The notes: generated from the sequence alone by a model not told the origin. 64,000 nt of DNA from an uncultured Verrucomicrobiae bacterium (GCA_963837955.1 CAWIPH010000002.1:544001-608000); one strand, 5' to 3'. Positions 28,769 through 39,009 are shown, numbered from the stretch's first letter. Numbers and translations are program-made.

Positions 28769-31614
28769 TCTCCACCCTCCTCGGCGTCTGTGATTCGATC
28801 GTTGGCCTTGCGACTCGTAAGGGAAGAGGACCTGCCTCTCGGATTTCTCGAATCGGCATGCCGAATGGATTCTTTCTCAATGATCTGCTGTGGTTCGGTG
28901 ACGGCGCGACGAAAAAGACGGCTGTCTCGCGCGGGTTCATGGTCGAACCGGGTGAAATGACGGGCTTTAGCATCGGGCAGCTGAACGACTTGCACGAGCG
29001 CTTGCGCGTTCTCCTTGGTATGCTCGGGCAAGAGTACCAACTGCAAATCCAATGGAGCATCGACAGCGATTACCGGCATGAGCTCGAAGAATACCATAAA
29101 GAGACCCTTCAGCTGCGCAGGCGAGATCCAGTATATGGCCAGTTTGGTGTGTTAGTTCGTGCCGAGCGGTATGAGCGGTACAAAGCTGCCATGCAAGAAG
29201 GCAGACTGCGTCGAGAGCGTCTAACGCTCTTCTTTACGCGGGTTATCGACACGAAAGTGCCCGTCTTTGCTCAACAAGCTATCGCCGAATACTTCGATAC
29301 TTTATCGCGGAAGGAAAGTTTGGGTCTTCAAGATTTTGTCTTGAACGCACTTTCCCGCCTTTTCGCAGATTGCCGGATTACTCCGATGCGAGACGAAGAT
29401 CACTTCCTCTTTTACTACCGATTTTTGCATACGAATCTCGGGATGACTGAGGTCGACCCGCTAGAGATATTCGATCCGGCTTATTCGATTCAGCAAAATT
29501 GCCTGCACTCCGAAGGGATCGGCACCCCGAAGATTCCAGCCGTTTCCTTCTCACTTGACTGTTATCATCACGCCATTTTTGCCGTCCGCCAATGGCCTCG
29601 TCGAACGTTTCCCGGAATCATCTCAGCGCTTACGACCATGGGATTCCAAGAATACAGCATCACCATGAATATCTATCCGAAACGGATCGATAAGGTGATT
29701 GAAAACGAGGAAAGGAACATTCAGCGATTGCAGATCGACGCGATGTCGGAGCGGAAACAATCACTCGCTACCGACATGGCAGCAAAGCAGGATAAGGTGA
29801 ACGAGCTGCAACAAGGGCGAGTGATTCCGCTCGACTGTCTATACGTTGTTCGGCTCTGGCATCGCGATCCAGAGGTGTTGGCAGCCCGTTGTGCCTCACT
29901 GAAGAATGCCTTCACCGCGATGGGCGGAGCGTCCATTCACCACGCGACTATCCCGGAAAATGCTCGTCAATTATTCTATCAAACCTGGCCCGGATGGACA
30001 TATGGGATCTACCGAGCATTCGATATTCCTGCTGAAGATTCTTATCTCGCTGACTTAATTCCTTGGTCGGCTACATTCACCGGTCATCTCGACAAGGCGG
30101 AAGCCATTTATAATGGTGCGCGGGGTAACCTGGTTGGGATTAGAACTCGCATCGGTAATACTCCACAGCATGGTGTTCTCTTCGGCATGACTGGTGCGGG
30201 TAAGTCGGTGATTATCGGCGATCTCTTAGCTCAAATTGGTCATCGTTTCGGCTTCAGACTCATCGTTGAGGAAGGGCTCTCACACGGTGTTCTGACCCAG
30301 ACGCAAGGTTGCGAGCCGATCATCGTGAACCCCAACGGGAACATCACGATCAACTACCTGGACACCGGCGGCACTCCTTTGTCTCCCCTGCATCTCGCGT
30401 TTAGTGCCGGTCTCTGCATGCTGTTTTGTGGCAATGAAGGTTTGGACGGGGAGCGTAAAGCAATTCGCCACGCGATGTTAGTAGAGAATTTGCAGCAGCT
30501 TTACACGGATGTCTTTAACGATTGGATCGTTGCTAACGAGCAGGCTGCGGAAGAGCTCCGGTGGTTAGCCTGCGCAATCGAACGATATCTGCGGACCAAA
30601 ATGAAGAGTTCGCAATTCAATTTTGTCGATGCGTTTGCTGCTTTCCGTGACTGGGAAGTGCGGAACCCCGATGAAGCGCAGTCCTTGATGCAAGGACTGG
30701 GGGAGCAGGCGGTGGCAGAGTTCGCTAAGAACCCTGCCACCGCTAATCTGGTACGCGATCTGGCATTTGCCTATTTTTCCCCGGAGCAATTTCCCAGTCA
30801 CAGTGCACTCGTTGAGCAGCTTCTATATAACCCGCGCGGGGGAGCACGGGAACGAGAGGAGAGCGATCGAGTTGGTAAACTTCTCAAGGCGTGGGGTCGC
30901 GATGGCGAACGCGGTAAACTGTTCGATGGCGTTAGCAACGTCCGAATTGACGGCAGGGTAGCTCATTTCGAACTAGGTCAGATCCCGGAGCATGCTACCG
31001 AAATGCGAGCGGCGGCAAACTTTCTGGTCGCTAACTATGGCCGTCAAAAGATTATCTCGATGCCGCGGGCGATACCAAAGATAGCAATTTTCGAAGAGGC
31101 GGCGAGGACACTCGATATCCCGGGCGGAGTGAGAATGATCCAAGAGTACTACCGCCAGATGAGAAAGTTTGGCTGTAACATACTAGCTGTCGTGCAGCAG
31201 TACGATATTATTAAAGATTCACCGGTACGCGGTGCCATGATCGGCAACTCGAAGATGTTCCTGATCACCGCGCAACAGAGTCGGGAGGATGCCTTCGAAT
31301 TAGGAGAGGCCTTAGGCCTTTCCCCAAAAACAGTAGATACTGTTAACAACTACCCGCTTCCGGAGCTGATGGATCCTTCGGACCGTTTCAGCGCTTTTAC
31401 GTACGTGGCTAATGACAAAATCCGACGTTTGGTCGGTACCGTGAAGAACGTGGCGTCACGCGAATTGCTTTACGCTGCTTCGAGTGACAACGAGACCTTC
31501 GACGAACGAACAGCTTGTCTTGCTACTTACAAAAACATTGTCGCTGGGATTATGCATGAATCCGAGAAGATTTCGTGCGCAACGGAAGTATCTGCAACGG
31601 AGCCAATCTTTTGA
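28765..31614 (+). CDS. virB4: VirB4 family T4SS ATPase
   Basis: 949 aa; GMTGAGKS Walker A, ITINYL, IFEEA Walker B, YRQMRKFG, VVQQ, IGNS. Confidence 0.9.
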   Translation: MISTLLGVCDSIVGLATRKGRGPASRISRIGMPNGFFLNDLLWFGDGATKKTAVSRGFMVEPGEMTGFSIGQLNDLHERLRVLLGMLGQEYQLQIQWSIDSDYRHELEEYHKETLQLRRRDPVYGQFGVLVRAERYERYKAAMQEGRLRRERLTLFFTRVIDTKVPVFAQQAIAEYFDTLSRKESLGLQDFVLNALSRLFADCRITPMRDEDHFLFYYRFLHTNLGMTEVDPLEIFDPAYSIQQNCLHSEGIGTPKIPAVSFSLDCYHHAIFAVRQWPRRTFPGIISALTTMGFQEYSITMNIYPKRIDKVIENEERNIQRLQIDAMSERKQSLATDMAAKQDKVNELQQGRVIPLDCLYVVRLWHRDPEVLAARCASLKNAFTAMGGASIHHATIPENARQLFYQTWPGWTYGIYRAFDIPAEDSYLADLIPWSATFTGHLDKAEAIYNGARGNLVGIRTRIGNTPQHGVLFGMTGAGKSVIIGDLLAQIGHRFGFRLIVEEGLSHGVLTQTQGCEPIIVNPNGNITINYLDTGGTPLSPLHLAFSAGLCMLFCGNEGLDGERKAIRHAMLVENLQQLYTDVFNDWIVANEQAAEELRWLACAIERYLRTKMKSSQFNFVDAFAAFRDWEVRNPDEAQSLMQGLGEQAVAEFAKNPATANLVRDLAFAYFSPEQFPSHSALVEQLLYNPRGGAREREESDRVGKLLKAWGRDGERGKLFDGVSNVRIDGRVAHFELGQIPEHATEMRAAANFLVANYGRQKIISMPRAIPKIAIFEEAARTLDIPGGVRMIQEYYRQMRKFGCNILAVVQQYDIIKDSPVRGAMIGNSKMFLITAQQSREDAFELGEALGLSPKTVDTVNNYPLPELMDPSDRFSAFTYVANDKIRRLVGTVKNVASRELLYAASSDNETFDERTACLATYKNIVAGIMHESEKISCATEVSATEPIF

Positions 31615-31973
31615 AAAGGCCGGGAATCATCCTCTGTTTTCTGATTGCCGGCTGTACAGTTGGTCCGACTGTTCCGAAAGGGCAGATCACGATGCAGGGT
31701 CGCGGTTCCGAGGCTTTGACTAATCAAGGCGATCCACTAATGGCGAGCGGAACTGATGAACGGAAGGTCCCAATCGATTTCGCAAAAGGCTATGCCAAAG
31801 GTATCTCCGACCAGGTGAAACGAAACTATTGGGCACAGCAGGAGAACCAGCGAAATCCTCAAGATGATAATCAGGGCAAGATTCGCTATTACAATGCAAC
31901 CATACCAGAGCACCAAGACCCGAGCGGAGTGGTACGGGTCCAACGCGAGGTAGTTATCCCGATCGTTGAATGA
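31611..31973 (+). CDS. T4SS-associated lipoprotein
   Basis: Lipobox LIAG-C; TTGA overlap with the virB4 stop. Confidence 0.65.
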   Translation: MKRPGIILCFLIAGCTVGPTVPKGQITMQGRGSEALTNQGDPLMASGTDERKVPIDFAKGYAKGISDQVKRNYWAQQENQRNPQDDNQGKIRYYNATIPEHQDPSGVVRVQREVVIPIVE

Positions 31974-32806
31974 AAACTAAAGTATTACAGTGGGCTCTTG
32001 TAGTTTCTATCTGGGCCGCGGCATGCTCCACGGGCGACGCATACATTGTTCACGATCCGATTCATACGGTCTTAAATATCTTGCAACAGGTAATCGGACA
32101 GGTCAGGCAGGAGCTGCAACACGCGGAGGATGTGGCCAAGTATGCGGAAATGATCCAAAAACAGATGCAGCAGATCCAGCAGTTAACTACCATGATTAAC
32201 CAAAACGTCGAGCAATTGCGCCGGATCGGTGATCCAAACATCTATGTAAATATGCTAGGATTAGACACTCTGTTCAACGAAATCAGCCGACTGAAGAACG
32301 GAGTAGGAGCGACCATGGCCGAGTTTCAGCAGACAGCGGATGGCGTGATAGCACTGAAGTATACCGGGAATGGGCTTTACCAAGACCTCAGTAACATGCC
32401 GGATCGCTTTGGAAAGATTGTTCAATATGACGTGAACAGTTTCAAAAAGTTCGGAACCGTTCAAGATATGTACGCGTCATTCAATACTGAGCTTGAACAG
32501 GCCAACCAATCGTTGGCGGCCCTGTATCAAGAGAAACAGACTACGCTGCAGCTACTGAACTCTGCCGGATCCTTAATCGAGGTCGAAAAGCAAAAGGCCA
32601 AACTTCAGGCCGTTCAAACAAGCATCGACAATGTCCACGCGCGAATGAACATGGCGGCGCAGAAGTTACTCGTCCAACAGTCTGTGAATCAGAACGATCA
32701 AGCGCGAACACAACAAGCCATCCTTCAGCAACGCCTCCAGGAAGCCGCTGAAGAAGACTTGGGTATGCAGCAGAATGCGAGCCGGATGATAGAGGCATTG
32801 AAATAA
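31970..32806 (+). CDS. virB5: VirB5/TrbJ-like protein
   Basis: Signal peptide, IVHDP motif, Gln-rich coiled coils; upstream of virB6. Confidence 0.7.
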   Translation: MKTKVLQWALVVSIWAAACSTGDAYIVHDPIHTVLNILQQVIGQVRQELQHAEDVAKYAEMIQKQMQQIQQLTTMINQNVEQLRRIGDPNIYVNMLGLDTLFNEISRLKNGVGATMAEFQQTADGVIALKYTGNGLYQDLSNMPDRFGKIVQYDVNSFKKFGTVQDMYASFNTELEQANQSLAALYQEKQTTLQLLNSAGSLIEVEKQKAKLQAVQTSIDNVHARMNMAAQKLLVQQSVNQNDQARTQQAILQQRLQEAAEEDLGMQQNASRMIEALK

Positions 32807-32813
32807 CGTTCCT

Positions 32814-34157
32814 ATGTTCATACTCGCCTCTTCTGCTCCAGCCACCAGTGGGGCAACGCCTTCAGTAAACTTTGAAGCTATTTTGCAGTCGATGCAAGGC
32901 ATTGAGCAGCAGATGCAACCGCTCTCGATCGTTGTAGCGTTCTTCTTGTTGGTCTTTGGTACTATGCGCGGATTTTTGCAGCCTGACGGGCGAAAATTTA
33001 TGCTGAATCTCCTGCGAGCTATTATTCTTGTATGTCTGATCGGGAATTGGATAACCATTAAGCAGTGGACAAATGATGCAGTAAACGGACTTACCCAGTA
33101 TCGCATTAGCGTTAACTTTCAGGGAATCCCGGCGGGCGATCAGCAAACCACGGTTGGGCTGGATGTGGAGCAAATCCGCCAGATGATTAACCAGAAGGTA
33201 GTTCAAACGAATCAAAATGGCGGACTTGGGTTTTGGGATTGGTTCAACCCGTTTTCTGTCGTTGGTGGTCAGATAAAGGGCCTCGTCGGCAGCTTGATAG
33301 CGCATCCGTTGGCGATGGTTCTTTGGGGTTTGTACTTTGGAACTCTCTATCTCTGCGAGTGGATTATCGTCATCATGAATTTTCTGCAACGGGCAATAGG
33401 GATTTTTCTGGATCTCTATGTGCCGGTCGCGTTGGCTGAGTTTTCGGTCCAGAATATGCGAGCCCAGGCAGAGTCATTCTTTAAGACCTACATCGGTGTC
33501 TTCTGCTGGCCGATTGGTTGGGTGTTTACCAATCTTGTGACCCTCGCGCTTCTGCAAACACTGACCGCTCCGAATCAGACCGATCCGTCTCAGATTCTGA
33601 TGGCCATCGTTTGGTCGGTTCCGATTCTGCTTTGGGTGATCATCGGACATGTAATTGGACCTTTTTACGCTCAGAAGGTTGTGGCTCGGGGAGGAGCAGA
33701 ATTGCAGGCCTTCGCAGGTGCGATGGTGGCCGCCGTCGGGGGGACCACCGGCGCAACGTACGCTGGAGCGTTACGTTTCGGCGCGAAGCGAATGCGCGGT
33801 TTGCAAAAGGATAGTGACACTCCAGGCGAAGGCGGGCAGGAGAAATCCGGCGGTTGGGTAGGTGTGCCTGAGTTTGGAGGATCCAACGCTGGTCTCGGCA
33901 TTAGCGGTCGACAAGATAGGCCAACTCATGGTTGGTGGCCGGGCCTGCGGGCCAAAGGAGCTGAAGTGGGTGCGAAAGCCAGTGATCTTACCGCCGGCGT
34001 TTCGGAAACTGGTGGAAACCTTGCGAGCACCATGGGTTCGATGATCGTGAATGCGAGCATGAACCGTATCGGCCCGGAAGGTCACTTTCGGTTTGGTTCT
34101 TTCAGAAAATCGGAGCCTAACCGCTCGTCGCAACGAGCAAGAAGTTACTTAAACTAA
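32814..34157 (+). CDS. virB6: VirB6/TrbL-like polytopic membrane protein
   Basis: Multiple TM helices, YVPVALA, WPIGW, Gly/Ala-rich C-terminal tail. Confidence 0.75.
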   Translation: MFILASSAPATSGATPSVNFEAILQSMQGIEQQMQPLSIVVAFFLLVFGTMRGFLQPDGRKFMLNLLRAIILVCLIGNWITIKQWTNDAVNGLTQYRISVNFQGIPAGDQQTTVGLDVEQIRQMINQKVVQTNQNGGLGFWDWFNPFSVVGGQIKGLVGSLIAHPLAMVLWGLYFGTLYLCEWIIVIMNFLQRAIGIFLDLYVPVALAEFSVQNMRAQAESFFKTYIGVFCWPIGWVFTNLVTLALLQTLTAPNQTDPSQILMAIVWSVPILLWVIIGHVIGPFYAQKVVARGGAELQAFAGAMVAAVGGTTGATYAGALRFGAKRMRGLQKDSDTPGEGGQEKSGGWVGVPEFGGSNAGLGISGRQDRPTHGWWPGLRAKGAEVGAKASDLTAGVSETGGNLASTMGSMIVNASMNRIGPEGHFRFGSFRKSEPNRSSQRARSYLN

Positions 34158-34172
34158 TTCGCGCGGGTAGCA

Positions 34173-34991
34173 ATGAGGCGAGAAATGAGTGGTGAGAATG
34201 TAGAACCGGCCGAATCTGCGACAGAGTTTGCCGGGACTCTATTGGAATCCGGTCGACCAACGGGTGAGAATGGCAGTAAACCAACCCATTCGGGATGGAT
34301 CGATTCAGATCAATTGGAAGAAACGGAGGTCGAACGAAATCCATTGCGAGAAGAGGCGCCACGGAACAATCGGGCAGCAAACAGTCTCGCTTCAGCCCAA
34401 CGGACTATGCGATTGCTCTGGATTGCGCTGATAGTTTCACTTTGCGCACATTGCGTGATCCCTGCTTATATCGTCACTGCGATGGCGCGTCCCGAAAAGG
34501 TGGCACTCATGGACGGAACCCAGTCACTGATCATCACACCTTTGGTACCCATGGAGCAAAGTCGGGAAATTCTTGAAACCATTTCTTATTGGGCGGCGAA
34601 ATCGTTCCTGGACCGAGGCCCGCAAGGATTTGATGCGGCTGATACTTTAGACCGTGTTTTTCTCCCTGGTGCGGCTGATAAGGCGAAAAACGAATTCAAA
34701 ACCGTAGCCGCAGAATTCGCGAAAAAGAACATCCACCAAAAACTGGAAATTGCGCGGATTGACCTTCAACGACTGGATGACCAAATCATCCTGAGCAGAG
34801 TGGTAGGCCAGATTCTGACACAAGCTCAGGTCGGAGACGAACAGGTAAATCAACCACAACCAATCACACTAGATCTGAAACTAGCGAGAAATCCCTATCT
34901 AGGGCGTAATCAGCGCTATCCGTATGCCGTAAAAGACTACGTATTCGGACAACCTGAACAGTTAGCTACTCTTACTCGGGATCAAAAATAA
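34173..34991 (+). CDS. VirB8/TraE-like bitopic protein
   Basis: Single TM followed by NTF2-like helix/strand pattern, NPYLGRN...YPYAV. Confidence 0.6.
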   Translation: MRREMSGENVEPAESATEFAGTLLESGRPTGENGSKPTHSGWIDSDQLEETEVERNPLREEAPRNNRAANSLASAQRTMRLLWIALIVSLCAHCVIPAYIVTAMARPEKVALMDGTQSLIITPLVPMEQSREILETISYWAAKSFLDRGPQGFDAADTLDRVFLPGAADKAKNEFKTVAAEFAKKNIHQKLEIARIDLQRLDDQIILSRVVGQILTQAQVGDEQVNQPQPITLDLKLARNPYLGRNQRYPYAVKDYVFGQPEQLATLTRDQK

Positions 34992-36073
34992 TGAGGTTCC
35001 TACTGACTATTCTTGTTTGCGTGACTGCTGTCTTAGCCATCGGCCAGGAAAACCTGACGTCGAAAGTTGTTCGGTTTCCCCTGAATCAGGATCAGCCCTC
35101 TGTGATTAAGCTTGGTATTCATGGGATTACCACGATTGAATTTCCGGCGAAGATCGAAGCTCTGGATGGCTATGGATTCAGCCTAAACCCGGCACCCGAT
35201 GGGCAGGATCTTTTTCAAATCTCCTTTAATAAAGGGACCAATTTTATTTCTTTGAAGGCTGTTAGACCCGGGGTTGAAGGAAATCTAACTGTCGTCCTGG
35301 ACGGAAAGGCCTACGCGCTTTTTTGTAAGGAAGCTCCCGATCCGAGCTTTATCGTGATTTTCGAAGACGCAGGAAGCAAACGAGTTGCGGATCAACCACA
35401 GCCTTCCAAACATCCGGAAGTCTCGCCTGCTCGCCTGCTCGGGTTTCTCGACAAGTTAAAAGGATTTCCCACCCTCAAGGTGAGCGCTCCCGAAATCTAT
35501 CAAAACATGGACGTCGCGGAACCGAATTCTCGTTCAGGTTTTCAAAAGGTAGACATCTCGCTAAAGCGAGTCATTCGGGATGAAGCTTTAGACACCCTGG
35601 GATTTGAAGTCCTTCTGGCAAACAAGTCCGATAAGGACTTTATCTATGATCCGGAGAGTTTTGCTGTGCGGGTTGGTGAGGAGGTTTACCAACAATCAGT
35701 CTCTGACGCGGGCGGTCTAGTCCCTGCGGGCAAAAGCCAAACAGCATTCTTTGCGGTGACCGGTGGCGATAATGGAGGGCGCAACGATCTGGCAGTGACC
35801 AACAAATTCGAAATCGTTTTGCGCCAGATACAAGGAGAAATGGATCCACAGCGGAATGTGTCGGCGGAATGGCAAGAGCCGCCGAACACGATCCCCACCG
35901 CCCAAACCGCCGGAAAGGAGCCGGAATTACCTCAAACCGGTCAGGAACCGTCTACGATCAAGTTATCCACGCCCAAAAAAAACGCGAAACGCTCTCGAAC
36001 GGACTCGAAAGATCAAACCAAAGGGGGAGACACTTCCACAACCCAAAAGAAGGTAGCAGAGCATAATGAATAG
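34991..36073 (+). CDS. VirB9/TraK-like outer-membrane core protein
   Basis: Signal peptide, ITTIEFPAKI, beta-rich; between VirB8-like and VirB10-like genes. Confidence 0.6.
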   Translation: MRFLLTILVCVTAVLAIGQENLTSKVVRFPLNQDQPSVIKLGIHGITTIEFPAKIEALDGYGFSLNPAPDGQDLFQISFNKGTNFISLKAVRPGVEGNLTVVLDGKAYALFCKEAPDPSFIVIFEDAGSKRVADQPQPSKHPEVSPARLLGFLDKLKGFPTLKVSAPEIYQNMDVAEPNSRSGFQKVDISLKRVIRDEALDTLGFEVLLANKSDKDFIYDPESFAVRVGEEVYQQSVSDAGGLVPAGKSQTAFFAVTGGDNGGRNDLAVTNKFEIVLRQIQGEMDPQRNVSAEWQEPPNTIPTAQTAGKEPELPQTGQEPSTIKLSTPKKNAKRSRTDSKDQTKGGDTSTTQKKVAEHNE

Positions 36074-37208
36074 ACGGACTTTGACCATAGGAGCAGTCGG
36101 AATTTTGTCGGTTGTCGGAACATTCCTTTACGCACTGCTTCAAAAAGGCGGCGTACAAAGGATCGCCGCCCGCCAAAGCGAGGTCGTGCAAGATGCTGGG
36201 AAACTGACCGAGCCAATGACTTCTTCGATCCGGAATTTTAACCCGGTCATCGCGGGAGCTCCAAAGGCAAAGGTCACATCACGACAGGTCTCTTTGACGC
36301 GGACCCCTGAACCTGGAGCAATGCCTAACATCTCTGGTTCAACTTCAATCAGTATTTTCGCCGCGGAGCCGCAGGCCGAAAAGCCGTCACTGCGAGGTCC
36401 GAAAGGCGACTACGCCCCGGCGTTTCGGCTTGTAAAGTGTCAGCTCGTCAACACGGTCGACTCCAGCAATCTGACAACGCCAATCATTGGTCTAGTGGCG
36501 GAAGATCTTAGCTGGAATGGAAAGGTTATCATACGGGCAAACTCAGAAGTGCACGGTATCGCAAGCGTCGATCGAGTTCGTGAACGAATTGCCAGCGACG
36601 GCGAATTCACCTTTGTTTTAAATGAACCTGATCGAAGAGGACGTGAGCTGGTTATCAAAGGATTGGTTCTGGATATGGAGCGGGATCCAGAGTACGACAC
36701 CTACGGAATTACAGACGGGAGCGCAGGTTTACGCGGGGATGTGGTCCGCACAGCCAACAACGATGTGATCAAGCTTTACGCAGCATCCCTAATCAGTGGC
36801 ATGTCGAGCGCAGTTTCGAGCGGGAATTCCGGAATTTTAGGCAACCGGGTTTACACCAACAACAGTTCGCTTGGCCTTAGCGCGCTTCAGGGGGCGGTCA
36901 TCAATCCGATTGCCGGCGGTACTCAGGGAGTGCTCGACCGATACGCAGACCAGATTTTGAAATCGATCGAGCGTGACGGTTTCTTTGTTCGGGTTCCGGC
37001 CGGGAAGCAATTCTATGTGTACTGCAGCGAAGCGATTGATTTAAGTCGGGCCAAGATCGGAGCCGACGATGAGCGCGATGCTCGCGCCCAAGCTGATCTG
37101 GAAAGAAAGGTGCGGGACCAAGTTCGAAGAGCGCTTCCGGTGGATACGGCTAATTTGTTAAACCCTCTGTTACCTGCTTTGAATTCGATAAATCAGAACA
37201 AAAATTGA
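36066..37208 (+). CDS. virB10: VirB10/TrbI/TraB family protein
   Basis: N-terminal TM, Pro-rich linker, CQLVNTVDS, PIIGLV, DGSAGLRG, VRVPAGKQFYVY. Confidence 0.85.
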   Translation: MNRRTLTIGAVGILSVVGTFLYALLQKGGVQRIAARQSEVVQDAGKLTEPMTSSIRNFNPVIAGAPKAKVTSRQVSLTRTPEPGAMPNISGSTSISIFAAEPQAEKPSLRGPKGDYAPAFRLVKCQLVNTVDSSNLTTPIIGLVAEDLSWNGKVIIRANSEVHGIASVDRVRERIASDGEFTFVLNEPDRRGRELVIKGLVLDMERDPEYDTYGITDGSAGLRGDVVRTANNDVIKLYAASLISGMSSAVSSGNSGILGNRVYTNNSSLGLSALQGAVINPIAGGTQGVLDRYADQILKSIERDGFFVRVPAGKQFYVYCSEAIDLSRAKIGADDERDARAQADLERKVRDQVRRALPVDTANLLNPLLPALNSINQNKN

Positions 37209-37210
37209 AT

Positions 37211-37870
37211 ATGTTTGTATTACTCGTCCGATTGGCCGTTTTTTTTGAATTCACCTTAATGTTAGGGTGCACAAACCCTAAACCGCGGGCAGTAGTCCTT
37301 CCGGTTCGCACGTTTTCGCCAGTCGCTAAGACGACGGAGAATAGGACCTTCCAAAATGCCTCAATTGGCACTGTAGCAAATGTTCGTCAGAGCGAATCTG
37401 TGAAGGCTTATGGAATGAACCGTTACGTCGATCCGTCGGATCCAAGAGTCCTTCACGAAAGGCACGCGATTTACAGAATTGAGCAACAGCCGCGCTGGGT
37501 TACTCAAGGCTATGGGAATCAAAACGGCATCCTCTTGGGCCCGATCGTAGGGCTTCGCAACGCACAATATGCGCCTGAGCCGCTTCCGGGAGAGGCAGCC
37601 CGCGATATCGCGCAAACTAAGCAGGGTCTGCAGGACGCGAATCGGGACATTCATGCGGTTCAGCAGAATCAGGAAAAGTTGGCGGCCTCGGTTCAGTCTT
37701 TGGCGGAGCAGACGCTGGATGCTCAACGCAAACTGACAACTGTCGTGTCAACTCTCAATGGACGGCTGCAAAAGCTCGAAGGAAATTCGGACGCGATGGC
37801 CGAAGGCTCCGGAGGTCCGAGCGAGAACAAGGTGCCGCCGGGAGGAGTTATTCTTCGAAAGGGGGAGTGA
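37211..37870 (+). CDS. TraV/VirB7-like lipoprotein with coiled-coil tail
   Basis: Lipobox LMLG-C; YVDPSDPRVLHERHAIY resembles the TraV core motif. Confidence 0.55.
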   Translation: MFVLLVRLAVFFEFTLMLGCTNPKPRAVVLPVRTFSPVAKTTENRTFQNASIGTVANVRQSESVKAYGMNRYVDPSDPRVLHERHAIYRIEQQPRWVTQGYGNQNGILLGPIVGLRNAQYAPEPLPGEAARDIAQTKQGLQDANRDIHAVQQNQEKLAASVQSLAEQTLDAQRKLTTVVSTLNGRLQKLEGNSDAMAEGSGGPSENKVPPGGVILRKGE

Positions 37871-37956
37871 TCAGGGGAATGTGCTTGGCTCGCTCGCGCC
37901 CGCTGACCGATCATGCTTAGCCGGGGAGGCAAGCGCATCGAACCGGGTTGAGACTG

Positions 37957-38922
37957 ATGCAGGACCTAAGCCGGATAGAACCGAGTGGTAAAGACAAAGC
38001 TCGGCATAGTGGGGGGACTGGGGTTGGAAGCGGATCCGAATGGCACTCCTATCTCGGCTGTCTTGCTCCAGCTCTGGAAAGCAAAATCCTCGGCCAAAAA
38101 AGCGCCATCTCTCGGGTCGCTCGAGCCGTTCAAGCCGCAGAATTGGGGCTAAACGAACATACGTCCCAACCTAAGGCAAGTTTCCTGTTCCTTGGCCCAA
38201 CTGGTGTGGGAAAAACCGAAACGGCCAGATGCTTCTCCGAGTACTTGTTTGGATCCAACAACGCGCTGGAAGTGGTCTTCATGAATGAATACTCGGTAGA
38301 TAGTCGCTTTCAGGAATTCCTAGAGCGCACAGAAGCAGCAATCCGCCGACATCCAAACGGAACGACGTTACTCTTCGACGAAGTCGAAAAAGCGCATCCG
38401 AGATTAATCGAAGTATTTCTATCGCTATTGGAGGAGGGCATCTTGACTACATGGGCCGGTGACCGCGTCGGGGTCAGTCAATTCTATTTAGTCATGACGA
38501 CCAATCTTGGTAGCGGGGATCTGGCGAAAATGGAGAACGCACCATATACGACTATGGAAAGGGTGGCACTGGCTGTGGCTAGTCAATCCCTGCGCCCTGA
38601 GCTTTTTGCGCGCATCACGGAACGGATCGTTTTCCGGCCGCTCGATCTTGAAACTCAGAAAATAATCCTTGCGGCATTGATTAAGAAAAAGCTTGCGGTG
38701 CTCTCGCGATTTTTCGGCCAGCCGTTGACGATTGATGCTGGCCCAGTGATGGCCTTCTTGCTCCGCGTTGGGTACAACAAGGCTCAAGGCGCGCGAATGC
38801 TGCGGCAGGAGGTCGATCGGCAATTGAACTCCGCGAGCTTGGTTTGGGCGTTAAATAACGAATCTCCCAAGCATGGACAATTTTCCTATGACGCGACGGC
38901 TGGTGGGTTGATCCTCCGATAG
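37957..38922 (+). CDS. Stand-alone ClpA/ClpB NBD2-type AAA+ ATPase
   Basis: ILGQKSAI, FLFLGPTGVGKTETA, MNEY, LLFDEVEKAHP, TTNLG, RPELFARI, QGARMLR; no NBD1 or N-domain. Confidence 0.9.
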   Translation: MQDLSRIEPSGKDKARHSGGTGVGSGSEWHSYLGCLAPALESKILGQKSAISRVARAVQAAELGLNEHTSQPKASFLFLGPTGVGKTETARCFSEYLFGSNNALEVVFMNEYSVDSRFQEFLERTEAAIRRHPNGTTLLFDEVEKAHPRLIEVFLSLLEEGILTTWAGDRVGVSQFYLVMTTNLGSGDLAKMENAPYTTMERVALAVASQSLRPELFARITERIVFRPLDLETQKIILAALIKKKLAVLSRFFGQPLTIDAGPVMAFLLRVGYNKAQGARMLRQEVDRQLNSASLVWALNNESPKHGQFSYDATAGGLILR

Positions 38923-39009
38923 AAATTTCGGTAAACGTGAGCGCTCGGAGGCTGAGCAAATTGATTGTCGGAGGCAGGCTTGCGTGGTCAGGTGATCTCT
39001 ATTCTCATT

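Noticed and set aside
28061..38922. Complete ICE or integrated conjugative plasmid
   Set aside because: No integrase, relaxase, coupling protein, replication or partition genes, or boundary repeats seen; flanks look like housekeeping chromosome.
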